Shown: positions 1 through 10,289, counted from the first letter of the stretch. The stretch: DNA of 64,000 nucleotides from Eubacteriales bacterium (GCA_045537235.1 JAZSPB010000175.1:2811-66810), one strand, 5' to 3'. Made by a program: numbers and translations. The notes: generated by a model from the letters alone, not told the origin.

Positions 1-101
1 TTTGCGTTCGAAATTCTTTCAGATATATTCTGCTTTTTCTAAAACATTTACCACGGGAAAAGGTATGAAATCTTAAGAATCCACTCCTGTACCACAGTTT
101 T

Positions 102-1667
102 TTAGTGCAACAACCGCGAGAGCGGCGGTGCTGCATAATGATCACCGGAAAGAAGCAAAATCTTGGTCTCCGCGTTTTGAGGATCGACCAAAGCCATTGT
201 TTCCCTGACCTCATAAGACGGCACGTCCACCTCCCCGCCAAACCGCCACCACATGGTCAGACAACGGTCAATGCGGCAATCCTGCTTTTCTCGCATTCTT
301 TCCAACAGTGCCAAGGTCTTGGGTTGCCCCGACATGGCATCGGGCTCCACGACATGGTATAGGTTCCCTTCGGATGTCCGAAATACCGTAACCTGCGTTT
401 TCAGATCGCCGTCTGCCGCGCGCAGGGCGTTGTAGGCCAGCTCACGCATAGGCTCGAAGGTCTCGGCAAAATCGGGAATGTTTTCCAAAGACTTGGCCTC
501 ATTGCCGATGTAGTGGGTGTGGGGAATGATATACTCCATACGGGAGACATACATCCGAAAGCGTTCGTCGTCTCTAACCGAATCAAACTCGTGCCGCTTT
601 TCATAGCCAAACACATCATTGTAACCCCAGCCATATCCTCCCGCCGTGTAACGATGATCGACCTTCTCCTCCACCTGCGAGAGAAACGGCACCGAGCCGT
701 GCAATACGGCACCTTCCCTCTCCAGCCTCCAAAGCAGAGCCGTATGCTCCTCTACCAACGAAAGCATAGCAAATCCCTTTTCCCTGTCCCCTGCGGCAAA
801 CAATGCACCCGCATAGGCAAATTCCATGGAAAGACGAAGGCTGAGGAACACATCATCCGCACGGGAAGAAGCGATATTCAAAAGGGTCATCGCCGTCTCA
901 CACTGCGCCACATCCTGCAACCGCCCATGGTCATGGAGCTTCCTCTGCTCTTGCGGAACGGTGGGACTCTCCTCGATCAAAAGTCCGAGAGTACGACCGA
1001 TCAAGCGGTACAAAATACGCTGTCGGTTCCCCTCCCATTGCGCCTCGTCGCCCAAATACGCATACCGCCCAAGCAAAAGATCGTTCCACGAAAAATCGAC
1101 GGTACGCGGCATATCATAATGTCGGGGCAAATACTCTCGCCAAAGAACCAGCTTATCCTCTTCTTCAAAACAAACGACCTCGGTCAGCAAATGAAGTCTT
1201 TCATCGGGCGTGGCATCACGAAGGCATTGGCGGAATTTTCCTCGCACTTTATCGATTCGCTCCGCGGGTACGCCGCCCCATTTATGCTTGAGATGCATCA
1301 GCTGACAAAAATACTGTCCCAAATAGTAAGGATTGCTTTTGGGATGAGCGGTGATCAGTTCCAAGACATCACACACACGCCATTGCGTCGCCTTTGACGG
1401 TGAGGCGCAAAACTCACTCTTGGCCTTCGCCAGCATTCCGAGCAGTTTTTCAAAGCTCACAGCGGGGCGCCCCATCATCAGCTCATCCAACGTCGTGTCG
1501 AAAAATGCCGCGATCACGGGTAACAGCTCGGTATCGGGATAGGCTTGCCCCTTTTCCCATCGGCTGACCGACTGGGGTGTGACCGAAAGTGCGCGAGCCA
1601 ATTCGCCTTGCGTCAGACCGCGCTCGTTACGCATCTTTTTGATATTTTCGGCAAGAGTGATCTCCAT
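102..1667 (-). CDS. XRE-family HTH protein with helical middle region and C-terminal degenerate cytidine-deaminase-like domain
   Basis: N-terminal HTH (RGLTQGELARALSVTPQSVSRWEKGQAYPD); GAAGGAGG RBS; paralogous to the next two XRE genes. Confidence 0.8.
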   Translation of the reverse strand: MEITLAENIKKMRNERGLTQGELARALSVTPQSVSRWEKGQAYPDTELLPVIAAFFDTTLDELMMGRPAVSFEKLLGMLAKAKSEFCASPSKATQWRVCDVLELITAHPKSNPYYLGQYFCQLMHLKHKWGGVPAERIDKVRGKFRQCLRDATPDERLHLLTEVVCFEEEDKLVLWREYLPRHYDMPRTVDFSWNDLLLGRYAYLGDEAQWEGNRQRILYRLIGRTLGLLIEESPTVPQEQRKLHDHGRLQDVAQCETAMTLLNIASSRADDVFLSLRLSMEFAYAGALFAAGDREKGFAMLSLVEEHTALLWRLEREGAVLHGSVPFLSQVEEKVDHRYTAGGYGWGYNDVFGYEKRHEFDSVRDDERFRMYVSRMEYIIPHTHYIGNEAKSLENIPDFAETFEPMRELAYNALRAADGDLKTQVTVFRTSEGNLYHVVEPDAMSGQPKTLALLERMREKQDCRIDRCLTMWWRFGGEVDVPSYEVRETMALVDPQNAETKILLLSGDHYAAPPLSRLLH

Positions 1668-1704
1668 ATTTCCTCCTTCAAAGCAATCTCTCTTTACGCA
1701 AGGC

Positions 1705-2055
1705 TCATTTTTCGACCTTCTCGGAAGTCACGCCGCAACAACAACCGCATTCCGAACACTGTATCCCGGCAACATCAAACCCACGCAAACGCTCCGAGCA
1801 CTCCCCTTTCATCATATAGGGAACCCGCAAAGGAATGCACGCCTGAAACAGCAAAGATCGTTTCACCTTGAACTCGTGACCGCATTTCTCACACCGAAAT
1901 TTTCTCGATGCCAAACGAATCGTGCAAACCGTCGAATGGATCAGCGGCCAAGCAATCAGACAGATCGAAAAAATATCGAAGAAAAGATCGGCATCAAAGA
2001 AAATCCCATAAGCGATCATAATGCCCCACAAAATATACCATAATGTACTCAACAT
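1705..2055 (-). CDS. Small membrane protein with zinc ribbon
   Basis: Hydrophobic N-terminal half, CEKC and CSEC motifs; fills the gap between co-oriented genes; start uncertain. Confidence 0.5.
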   Translation of the reverse strand: MLSTLWYILWGIMIAYGIFFDADLFFDIFSICLIAWPLIHSTVCTIRLASRKFRCEKCGHEFKVKRSLLFQACIPLRVPYMMKGECSERLRGFDVAGIQCSECGCCCGVTSEKVEK

Positions 2056-2125
2056 TGCTTTTTTATCTGCTTAAAATAGCAGCTTCTCCTTTCCTAAAAT
2101 TCACAAAAACGTATGATCGATTGCC

Positions 2126-3868
2126 CTACTCATTAAACCAATATCTTTTCATTCTCCTCAAAAAGCTCTTGGAGATCGGGAACCCCGAGCTTTCTCCAAT
2201 GACCGAATCCACACCGCAATAGGGACAAAATGCCGTGAGCTGCTCGTCACAACGCCACATCTCAATACTGCCCTTCCCAACCTTCTTTTTGTCCCTCATC
2301 CACCGCTCGATCTTGTCGGGAGAGAAGATCGCCAAGCAGTGAAAGCAGCCGCAGGAGCTGTCCTTCTTCAGCTTGTCGCTATGGTTGGTGCAAAACTTAT
2401 GTGCCTCACGGCAAGCATCCTCACTCATAAAAGCGACCCGCTCCAATTTATAGGTGGCAGATTCCAAGCCGTTCCGACAAAGTCCCTGCGCGTGCTTATT
2501 TTCCTCGGCAAGATCGGCCAATGCAGATATCAATTCATAGGGCGGCACCGCCAAATTGTGAAGGAAGTCCATGCCTACAAGATATTGAATCACCCTGTCA
2601 TCCGCATCCGCCAGCCGTGCCGATAAGGAATCATCCTCCCACCGTCCGCTTTCATCGGAATGCAACACCGTGCCGTAAAAATTCCCTTTTGAAGTGATCA
2701 GTGTCACTGCCCACTCGCCTTTGCCGAGAGCATCTGCCGTTTCCCCGGCCGACGAAAGCAGTTTTCGAAAGGCTTCTTCTGCCTCACGGCTCATCATAAA
2801 CGAAGCACCGTCGCCCAGTCGGTTCACCGCACGGCAAAAAGCGATAAATCGCGCGTTTCCTCTCACCGCATCAAGCTCCGGTCTTTTTTTCATAACGGTT
2901 TGAACGAAGGAAACGTCAAAGCTCGCCCCCGCCAGCGAAGCGGGTTTTTCCACCAAAGCAAGCTCGGGAATCGACCCGCGCGCACACTTTCCCCGAAGCT
3001 CACACGCCAGCCTAAGATGCTCAAGAACGGTATCCAGCATATCAAAGCCCTCGTCCAAGCGCCCCTCGGAAAGCAGTGATACCGCCACCCACGTCTCGCA
3101 GCTGATGCGAAAGGACAAAAAGATGTCCCCAGCTTCCTTTGAGTACAGATTAAGCATATCCAAAGTTCGCTTATTATGCTCATAGGAGCATTCACCGCCA
3201 AGGTCGTGCACCTGCAACGAGCGATAAAGCAACCGTTCCACTGAATGAAACATCACGGTCTGCTGTTGCTTCTTGCGCTTGTCCGAGCTGTGCGGATAAC
3301 TGTCCAAAAGCACCTCATCCCAAGCGACTGTAAATCTGTAGCTCGGCACATATGCCCGCCAAAGATCCAATTTCCCCTCATCCTCGCAAGGCAGGATGTC
3401 TCCGAGCCACGCGATCCTATCGTTGGCACCAAGCCGCTCCAACATCTCGCGACAGTATTTCCGCGCTCTTTCCACTTGCCCCGGTTTGGCACGGTCATTT
3501 CGCTCCAGCTCCCTTGCCACACGAAAAAACTCAACCTGACTGTTCCCGTGAGAGGCAAGTTCCTCCAAAATATCACACACCTTCTGCCGATTCCAAAAAT
3601 CACGCTCACCGCAAACCGCATCCCACGCCGCATGAAGCTCCTCTCGCTTTTGCGCCAAAAACGAGCTACCACGCCCCATCAGCTCATCCACCGACACATG
3701 AAAAAAGTCGGCCAGCTTCGGTAGCATCTCCATATCGGGATAGGCTTGCCCCTTCTCCCATCGGCTTACCGATTGGGGACTGATGCCAAGACCGTCAGCC
3801 AGCTCCTTTTGCGTAATGCCCCGCTCGGTTCGCAATTTGCGGATCGTTTCGTTCAGCTTTATCTGCAT
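2126..3868 (-). CDS. XRE-family HTH protein with deaminase-like domain and C-terminal Cys-rich domain
   Basis: HTH (ITQKELADGLGISPQSVSRWEKGQAYPD); C-terminal CGCFHC...CPYCGVDSVIG; AAAGGAG RBS. Confidence 0.8.
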   Translation of the reverse strand: MQIKLNETIRKLRTERGITQKELADGLGISPQSVSRWEKGQAYPDMEMLPKLADFFHVSVDELMGRGSSFLAQKREELHAAWDAVCGERDFWNRQKVCDILEELASHGNSQVEFFRVARELERNDRAKPGQVERARKYCREMLERLGANDRIAWLGDILPCEDEGKLDLWRAYVPSYRFTVAWDEVLLDSYPHSSDKRKKQQQTVMFHSVERLLYRSLQVHDLGGECSYEHNKRTLDMLNLYSKEAGDIFLSFRISCETWVAVSLLSEGRLDEGFDMLDTVLEHLRLACELRGKCARGSIPELALVEKPASLAGASFDVSFVQTVMKKRPELDAVRGNARFIAFCRAVNRLGDGASFMMSREAEEAFRKLLSSAGETADALGKGEWAVTLITSKGNFYGTVLHSDESGRWEDDSLSARLADADDRVIQYLVGMDFLHNLAVPPYELISALADLAEENKHAQGLCRNGLESATYKLERVAFMSEDACREAHKFCTNHSDKLKKDSSCGCFHCLAIFSPDKIERWMRDKKKVGKGSIEMWRCDEQLTAFCPYCGVDSVIGESSGFPISKSFLRRMKRYWFNE

Positions 3869-3889
3869 AAATGCTCCTTTTCCAAAAAA

Positions 3890-6157
3890 TCAGTTAAAAA
3901 TCACCTGCTGCTCATGCCGCGCTCCTGTGCGATGCAAAAAGTCAATTACATCGGGTGCCAATGACATATCGGGTGCCGCCTCGGGGAAATTGCTGTCCAC
4001 ACACGCACCCACACGAAGAAAATACTGCAAGCCCATGCTCTCGCGCCATTCCGCAAGTCGTTCGACATGGGGTAACAGATGTTCCAAAGTCTTGCGGATC
4101 ACATCATTGATGTCCATATCCGCACCCGTTTTTTCAAATCGCTCCAAATCGGCACAGGAAAACACCGAAGGTTGGTTACCATGGCCAAGGGACTCACCCT
4201 TCTTTGCGATCACCTTGACCGAAACACCAAGCTCACTGAAAAGCTCATCGGGATCAAAATCGCCTATGATCTGAAAGTAGCTATAGCACGAATGGGTTTT
4301 GAAGGCGGTGCCCCAATCCAACGTATACTTTCCCGGAAATTCGGGGAGCTTTTCGTCATAAGAATACCCCTCAAGGCTTTGGATCACACCGTTCTTGACC
4401 CAGAGGATAAAGCCCATCCCATGGTCAAGATCGGGAAGCTTTGCCTGCACCGTCCCAATGGTCTGCGTCGATTTATCGGACAATGTGGGACAGCCGTCCT
4501 TCACGCGAAAGACCATATCAAAGCCGCGCTCGTACATCTTGGTTTCCGAGATCTCCGCCGTCTCATATTGCAGCTTGATGATCGGCATATTCAGACCCGT
4601 CTCTTTCAAGATCCGACGCATCACGGTGTGTGCCATCTCAATGTACGCCCCGTTCATTGTCTTTCCCTCCCGGAGCCCCTTGGGACGCAGAGGATATATT
4701 TTTCCCAGCGGTCTTGCAATGTACCTCCAACTCGACTGCGCCAACACCTTTGTTTCCACGTTATTGGGATTCAGTTCGTACAGCTTTTCGCTGAAGCCGT
4801 GGGATGGGAGCTCGATCGAGCCTTCATGCCAAAGACAAACAACATAGCGGATATCGGTCTCCCCCATCCGACGGAGCGACTCGGCAAAGGCTACCTCGTC
4901 CTTGTGTTCACCGTTGATCCGCTCCTCGACCGCATGGTGGATCACGGCATGGTGCTTGGTTCCGTCGGCGGTCATTACCATCAACACCAAATCGCCCTTT
5001 TCCATCTTAACGGCTCGCGCCTCGGGCAGCATACCGAGCAATATCTCCTCATCCTCCAAGGTCATGCCCACCGCATCGCGGAAAAATTTAACAAAGCGAG
5101 GGGTCTCGCGTACACTGTCAAACTCTTGACGGTGCAACTGATATGAAATATCACCCAAACAGTTTCTGACAAAAACCTCACTCGTGGGCATCTCGATCAA
5201 AGACAGCATCTCAACCGACCCTCGGCGTGTCTCTCCCGCCAAGCTCTCCAAAGCCAAGAGATGGTCACGGATAACGTCCAATACCGCAAAGCCCTCCCCT
5301 TTCCGTTCCTCGCGAAACAGCGCCGCCGCCATTCGAATCTCAATATAGAGCCGAAGATCGATAAACACATCCCCCACTTCCCCGGAGTACAGATTCAGCG
5401 TATCCAACGCCGTCTTATAGTGTTCATAGGGATTTAACGTTTGGTAACGCCAGCTTTTCCACTGACCGCACATCGGCGGCATATCGTTGACCATATTATA
5501 CAGCAGCTTCCGCACGGTATCATACACCACCTTCTGCCGCTGATTTTCCCATTTGTGATGTTGATCGGAATTGTGTTTATAGCGGGCGAGCAGAATATCG
5601 TCCCAACATGAACAGAGAGGATCCCCCGTGATAAACTCACGCCAGCGCCCCACATATTCATCATCCTCTGCAACAACGATATTCAAAAGCTCCGAGATTC
5701 GACGATCCGCATCGGTGGAAATTAACATTTCGCGGCAATACGCCCGCGCGCGCTCCACCCGAGTCAGATCTCCGCCATTGCGGCTGTACGCAAGCGATTC
5801 GCGGAAAAATTCTACTTGATGGCATCCGTGCGAAGCCAGATCCTCCAGCACTTCACAAATGCGCAGTCCTCCGTCAAGTTTCTTTTTCGTACGCAACCTC
5901 CAAAGCTCTTCTTTTTTCTTTTTCAAAGACGATATTTCCGTTTTCAAAGACGGTATTTCCGTACCCAGCAAATCATCCGTAGACACACCGAAAAACTCGG
6001 CAATTCGCGGAAGCATCTCCATATCGGGATAAGCTTGCCCATTCTCCCAGCGGCTCACCGACTGAGGCGTGACCAAAAGAGCATCGGCAATCTGCCTCTG
6101 CGTAAAACCCCGATTCACTCGGATCCTTTTAATATTTTCCGCAAGCTTAATATCCAT
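3890..6157 (-). CDS. XRE-family HTH multidomain protein (deaminase-like domain, unknown domain, DUF4279-like C-terminus)
   Basis: HTH (FTQRQIADALLVTPQSVSRWENGQAYPD); C-terminal SYFQIIGDFDPDELFSELG resembles DUF4279; GGAGGAG RBS. Confidence 0.75.
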   Translation of the reverse strand: MDIKLAENIKRIRVNRGFTQRQIADALLVTPQSVSRWENGQAYPDMEMLPRIAEFFGVSTDDLLGTEIPSLKTEISSLKKKKEELWRLRTKKKLDGGLRICEVLEDLASHGCHQVEFFRESLAYSRNGGDLTRVERARAYCREMLISTDADRRISELLNIVVAEDDEYVGRWREFITGDPLCSCWDDILLARYKHNSDQHHKWENQRQKVVYDTVRKLLYNMVNDMPPMCGQWKSWRYQTLNPYEHYKTALDTLNLYSGEVGDVFIDLRLYIEIRMAAALFREERKGEGFAVLDVIRDHLLALESLAGETRRGSVEMLSLIEMPTSEVFVRNCLGDISYQLHRQEFDSVRETPRFVKFFRDAVGMTLEDEEILLGMLPEARAVKMEKGDLVLMVMTADGTKHHAVIHHAVEERINGEHKDEVAFAESLRRMGETDIRYVVCLWHEGSIELPSHGFSEKLYELNPNNVETKVLAQSSWRYIARPLGKIYPLRPKGLREGKTMNGAYIEMAHTVMRRILKETGLNMPIIKLQYETAEISETKMYERGFDMVFRVKDGCPTLSDKSTQTIGTVQAKLPDLDHGMGFILWVKNGVIQSLEGYSYDEKLPEFPGKYTLDWGTAFKTHSCYSYFQIIGDFDPDELFSELGVSVKVIAKKGESLGHGNQPSVFSCADLERFEKTGADMDINDVIRKTLEHLLPHVERLAEWRESMGLQYFLRVGACVDSNFPEAAPDMSLAPDVIDFLHRTGARHEQQVIFN

Positions 6158-6266
6158 CCGTCACTCCTCCATACATTTTCTTGGTTCCATTATACCAAAA
6201 AACCCCCTCTAAAGCAAGCACTTTGCACGGAATCAACGTCACCCATTGGTTGATTCACAAAGAAGA

Positions 6267-6451
6267 CGGGAGAGGTCGCTTTTTTGAAAAAAAGCTCCGC
6301 AAAAAACTTTTCTATTGTGCCCTTTTGCAGTTGGTGCGAACATGGCAATCCCCCAAAGGGGGGCAGTATGTTCGCCCAAATTTTGCAAGGGCACAATAGA
6401 AAAGTTTTTGCGGAGCTTTTTTCAAAAAGCGACCTCTCCCGCCCGCAGGCG
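6267..6451. repeat. Family A long palindromic repeat, copy A1
   Basis: Arms GGGAGAGGTCGCTTTTTTGAAAAAAAGCTCCGCAAAAAACTTTTCTATTGTGCCCTT and near reverse complement; inner GCGAACAT...ATGTTCGC hairpin. Confidence 0.92.
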
Positions 6452-6460
6452 GCGCTTCCG

Positions 6461-7783
6461 TCACTTAAATGCGCGGTCGCAGACCTCATCCAGCACACCG
6501 AGATCCCAAAGAAGTCTCGGCAAAACGTATTTATCACGAATGTCCTTGGCCGCCTTGAGGGTCATGGGAAGGATCGATCTGTCAATTCCGATCTCTGCCA
6601 CATCTCGAGGCGCTTCGATGGCGTCGAGGATCTTTTCGAAAGCTTCCGTCGAGGGAACTTCCTCATCGATGATCTGAACGATCTTATCCCAATGGGAAAG
6701 GATGACTTCCAAACGAGCCCTGTGCTTTTCGACATTATATTTCTGCTCTTTCTCCTCCAACGCGATCATGGTTTGCGCGGCCTTGCCCAAAAAGACTCTC
6801 AGCTCATCGCTCCATGCCGCAAAATCGAAGTTTCTTGCATATTGAAGTGCCGTTTCTCGATTCGGCACGATTTTTTTGGCAAGACCGTAGAGACCGACAC
6901 AGTACCGCGTTCCGATCGCGCACTGGATACCGTGGAGATCGACGGGAGTTCCCATCTCCAAGCCACGCATATCCCAAATGTGCGAGAAATAGTGCTCTAC
7001 ACCCGAAGCCGGTCTGGAAACCCCCGCGTAACTCATCGCAATACCGCAGAGCACCAGCCCTTCAAAAACATTGGCCACAGCCGTCTCATCGCGCTTCAAA
7101 ATGCCGTCGGCATTATCCACACACTTTTTCACAGCCTCTCTGACCATGGCGGCGATCTTTTCACAGTAATACTCGCCCGTGATCAAATTTCCCAACCGCC
7201 ATTCGCAGATGCCGATATACTTGGCCAGCATATCGCCAAGACCCGACTTTATCATATGCATCGGTGCGTTTTTCAGGATATCAATATCTCCGATGATCAC
7301 CTCTGCGCATTTGGAGGGGACAGAAACCTTCAAACCGCTTCGCGCCATTGAGGAAAGGGGTGAAGCATATCCGTCCATGGAAGGCGCGGTAGCCACGATA
7401 ATATAGGGATTTTTGGTCTGGTGCGCCAGGATCTTGCTGATATCATTGATCACACCCGAGCCGATGGCAACAATGAGATCACAATCCGAGTCATAGTGAA
7501 GCGCCAGTGCTCCCACAGCATATTCGTCCGGCTCCAAATGTTCGTCGGGAAAAACATATCGCGAAACAGAAATGCCGCTTTTTTCAAGCATCTCGGTCAC
7601 TGCATCGCCCGCCAAAGGATAGGTGTGGATATCGGCCACGATAAATGCCTTTGTGGCCTTGTACAGTTTGGCAAATTCGGGAACGCGCCGAACCGCGTTC
7701 TTTTCCACGATGCAATGCTCAACCTGCGACTTATGCGCTTTACCGCAAGAGCAAAGTTCATGAGGATCAAAATTCAGATTCAT
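6461..7783 (-). CDS. egsA: sn-glycerol-1-phosphate dehydrogenase (EgsA/AraM family)
   Basis: AIGSGVINDISK, TAPSMDGYAS, SRPASGVEHYFSH, LHGIQC motifs; GGAGGT RBS before ATG 7783. Confidence 0.85.
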   Translation of the reverse strand: MNLNFDPHELCSCGKAHKSQVEHCIVEKNAVRRVPEFAKLYKATKAFIVADIHTYPLAGDAVTEMLEKSGISVSRYVFPDEHLEPDEYAVGALALHYDSDCDLIVAIGSGVINDISKILAHQTKNPYIIVATAPSMDGYASPLSSMARSGLKVSVPSKCAEVIIGDIDILKNAPMHMIKSGLGDMLAKYIGICEWRLGNLITGEYYCEKIAAMVREAVKKCVDNADGILKRDETAVANVFEGLVLCGIAMSYAGVSRPASGVEHYFSHIWDMRGLEMGTPVDLHGIQCAIGTRYCVGLYGLAKKIVPNRETALQYARNFDFAAWSDELRVFLGKAAQTMIALEEKEQKYNVEKHRARLEVILSHWDKIVQIIDEEVPSTEAFEKILDAIEAPRDVAEIGIDRSILPMTLKAAKDIRDKYVLPRLLWDLGVLDEVCDRAFK

Positions 7784-7871
7784 TTTACAACCTCCGTAAA
7801 ATCTCAACCAAAAGAACTCGCTCCTCTCGGTTGGAAATTTTCAAAATATATCTTTGACAAGATTCACTATT

Positions 7872-7900
7872 ATTTTACACCAATACACAAAAAAAGTCAA
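7872..7900 (-). promoter_or_regulatory. Sigma-A-type promoter for egsA-like gene
   Basis: TTGACT-17 bp-TAAAAT on minus strand. Confidence 0.6.
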
Positions 7901-7915
7901 GATTCCATTAATATT

Positions 7916-8110
7916 TTAGTATGCGCGCACTTCAAAAACCGTGATCTCACCCTCTCCGTGGGTCGATTTGACGTGTAGATCCACCACATCGCACGAGGTG
8001 GCATCAAAACGGTGGATATTTTTGCAAAGTGCAGCCGGTGGGAGGAAGCCTTCTTGCGTTATTGTGGCGCAAGAATAAGGAAAAAGCACGGTGCTTCCTC
8101 TAAGCTCAAC
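7916..8110 (-). pseudogene. Probable orphan 3' gene remnant
   Basis: Frame ends FDATSCDVVDLHVKSTHGEGEITVFEVRAY*, resembling the C-terminus of the FAD oxidoreductase at 39601 (FEPKNTTSLRVMITKTADNERVIIPEIRIY*); lies downstream of a terminator with no credible start. Confidence 0.35.
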
Positions 8111-8112
8111 CA

Positions 8113-8150
8113 AAAAGGCTCGACAGAAATTTCTCTCTGTCGAGCCTTTT
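8113..8150. terminator. Rho-independent terminator
   Basis: AAAAGGCTCGACAGA-loop-TCTGTCGAGCCTTTT just after the stop of 8164..9108. Confidence 0.85.
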
Positions 8151-8163
8151 CCTTTCAACCAAA

Positions 8164-9108
8164 TCAAGGCCAAATCACATAATTTTGCCACCCGTAGGAT
8201 GCCGCATGACTGATCAACGCCTCGCGCTCTCCGTCTCCCAAAACAAGTCGCATATTGTACGCCGTCAAAAAATAAGCATTTTTCTCAATATGCTTATCAA
8301 TCTTGTTTTCGGCAACATCTTTCAAATTCAAGTAATAACTGTCTGCATAGGTCTCTGTGGCAGAAACCAGTTTGGAGATCCCCGAAGACACCGTGGATTC
8401 CGTCTCTACCGAAACACCCAAGATGATGTCCGGACAGATCTCGCTCGCCTGTCGAATATAGCTGTTGACTTCGGTCAAGCGCTCGCTGTCCGTGGGCAAT
8501 CCCACGATCACGATCTCATGAAATCCCGCCGAGGCAAGCTCACTCAACAGTGCCATTTCCTTTGAGACCGCAAGAATCCTCTTCTGCGCATCGCTCACGT
8601 CAAAGGCTCCCGTCACAAAAAAGCCAATGCTGTATCGTCCCTCGTCCGTCAAAGCCTCTGCCAGTTTTCTTGCCTTTACCGAGGTCTTGACTTGCATATC
8701 GGTTTCGGTCTTTCCGATCAGCGCGGCATCAAAATACAGATTTTTTGCACCGTCATAAAGCAGAAACGCCGCCGCACTTCCGTCGGGAAGCTCCCTCACG
8801 GCATCACGGATCTGCTCCTCGTTCAAGCCTTTTGTCGAAACAACGTCTCCTTGCACCGACATAAGCGAGGCATACTTTTTGGCAGGATCTTTCACTCCTC
8901 CGAAATCCACGGGATCGCGCACGACAACCGCCGACAGCCGCGAATCCCCGACCAAGCCGTCCAAAACCAGTCCCAAGACCAGCGCAGACACCAAGGCCAA
9001 CACCACAATTATGATAAAAGGAAGGAGGACTCGGTTTCCTGTCTTTTCTCGCTTGGTCTCTCCATTGTAATACTGTATCCGTGTCCGTTTGCGGCGCAAG
9101 TGGCTCAC
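8164..9108 (-). CDS. Membrane-anchored hypothetical protein
   Basis: Basic N-terminus then a single hydrophobic helix; co-oriented with upstream PPIase gene; start may be TTG at 9099. Confidence 0.7.
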   Translation of the reverse strand: MSHLRRKRTRIQYYNGETKREKTGNRVLLPFIIIVVLALVSALVLGLVLDGLVGDSRLSAVVVRDPVDFGGVKDPAKKYASLMSVQGDVVSTKGLNEEQIRDAVRELPDGSAAAFLLYDGAKNLYFDAALIGKTETDMQVKTSVKARKLAEALTDEGRYSIGFFVTGAFDVSDAQKRILAVSKEMALLSELASAGFHEIVIVGLPTDSERLTEVNSYIRQASEICPDIILGVSVETESTVSSGISKLVSATETYADSYYLNLKDVAENKIDKHIEKNAYFLTAYNMRLVLGDGEREALISHAASYGWQNYVIWP

Positions 9109-9134
9109 TCCCCTTTCTTCCGATGTAATTCAAT

Positions 9135-10121
9135 TCACTTCATCGACCAAAGGACGATGCTTTTTCCATACTCATTAAACTGAACGGAAAGCGACTCGGC
9201 AATGCGGTTAGTCTCTTCCTCCATGATGCTCAGATAATACTGGATCTGAAGGTTCTCCACATGGTTGGAGATATACGAAGGATCGGTCTCCATACGCTGG
9301 ATGACATAAAAGCCGTCACTGACCTCCACGACCTCACTGACCTCACCGATTTCAAGATCAAAAGCGGCATTCTCGTATTCCTCGACAAAATAGCCACGCA
9401 TAAAATAATAGTCACAATTCGATGTGTCCTGATTGCAGCTCTTGCCGATAAAGCTCTCCAGCAATGCCTTGCCCGATGCCACTTGGTCGCGCACATCCTG
9501 CGCGATCTTTCGGTTTTCCTCCGCGCTCTCGCCGGGATCGTTTTTGACGAAAATACTCATGCAACGGATGATTCCCTCGCCCGCCATAACCGCATCGTAG
9601 GATTCCTTGTGCAGTTCCTCGGACAAAAGATCATAATACTGCCCTTGGCAACTGAGGATAGCGGTATTGAGACGAAAAACCCAGTCGGTCATATAGTTGT
9701 CTGCCAGGTAGGCCCTGTAAGCATCAAAGTCTCCGCACGCATCCACCGACTCTTTGACATACTCCTTTACCTCTTTTTTGGTGGTTTTGGAGTTGGTCTT
9801 AATTCCTCTTTCCGCGCAGGCATCCACCAAAGAATAGTTCTCGATCAGGGCTTCCGCTACCATCTCCCAAAGCCGTTCCTCATACTGAGCGCCTGTATCC
9901 GCAGAATCAAAAATGTACTCACCGTACTTGCTTTGAAGCTCCGCTTTGAAGCCCATAGTAAGATACCGAAGCTCCTCATAGCGAATGTCATGATCTCCGC
10001 AGGAACCGACCACCTTGGCTTCTTCGTCCGTACTCTTGATCTCCTTGACCGACGAGCACGAGCAAAAAGTCATTGCCGGCAACAACAAAAGCGCGATCAG
10101 CGCAATGATTTTATTTTTCAT
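9135..10121 (-). CDS. PrsA/SurA-like peptidyl-prolyl isomerase lipoprotein
   Basis: Lipoprotein-like signal (MKNKIIALIALLLLPAMTFCSC); parvulin motif YENAAFDLEIGEVSEVVEVSDGFYVIQR. Confidence 0.8.
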   Translation of the reverse strand: MKNKIIALIALLLLPAMTFCSCSSVKEIKSTDEEAKVVGSCGDHDIRYEELRYLTMGFKAELQSKYGEYIFDSADTGAQYEERLWEMVAEALIENYSLVDACAERGIKTNSKTTKKEVKEYVKESVDACGDFDAYRAYLADNYMTDWVFRLNTAILSCQGQYYDLLSEELHKESYDAVMAGEGIIRCMSIFVKNDPGESAEENRKIAQDVRDQVASGKALLESFIGKSCNQDTSNCDYYFMRGYFVEEYENAAFDLEIGEVSEVVEVSDGFYVIQRMETDPSYISNHVENLQIQYYLSIMEEETNRIAESLSVQFNEYGKSIVLWSMK

Positions 10122-10229
10122 ACCGTTTCCTTTCATTTACGAAACATTTTTCACATGAACCATTATAAACTATCTTTGTGACCGTATTATGAATTTTCGC
10201 CCGTCTACCGCAAAAAAATTATTTTTTAT

Positions 10230-10258
10230 TTGACTATTCGCCAAATATGTGCTATACT
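10230..10258 (+). promoter_or_regulatory. Sigma-A-type promoter of hprK
   Basis: TTGACT-17 bp-TATACT with extended TG. Confidence 0.7.
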
Positions 10259-10289
10259 CTTTTTAATGAAACGAAACGGGAGGACTAAA

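Noticed and set aside
5920..5961. 21-bp in-frame tandem duplication (TEIPSLK/TEISSLK)
   Set aside because: Real but an ordinary linker expansion after the HTH domain.
6461..7783. G1P dehydrogenase as evidence for archaeal-type lipids
   Set aside because: AraM/EgsA homologues are common in Firmicutes and no GGGP synthase is nearby.
7916..8110. 6S or other ncRNA in this intergenic gap
   Set aside because: No convincing end-to-end pairing found; the minus frame reads like a protein C-terminus.
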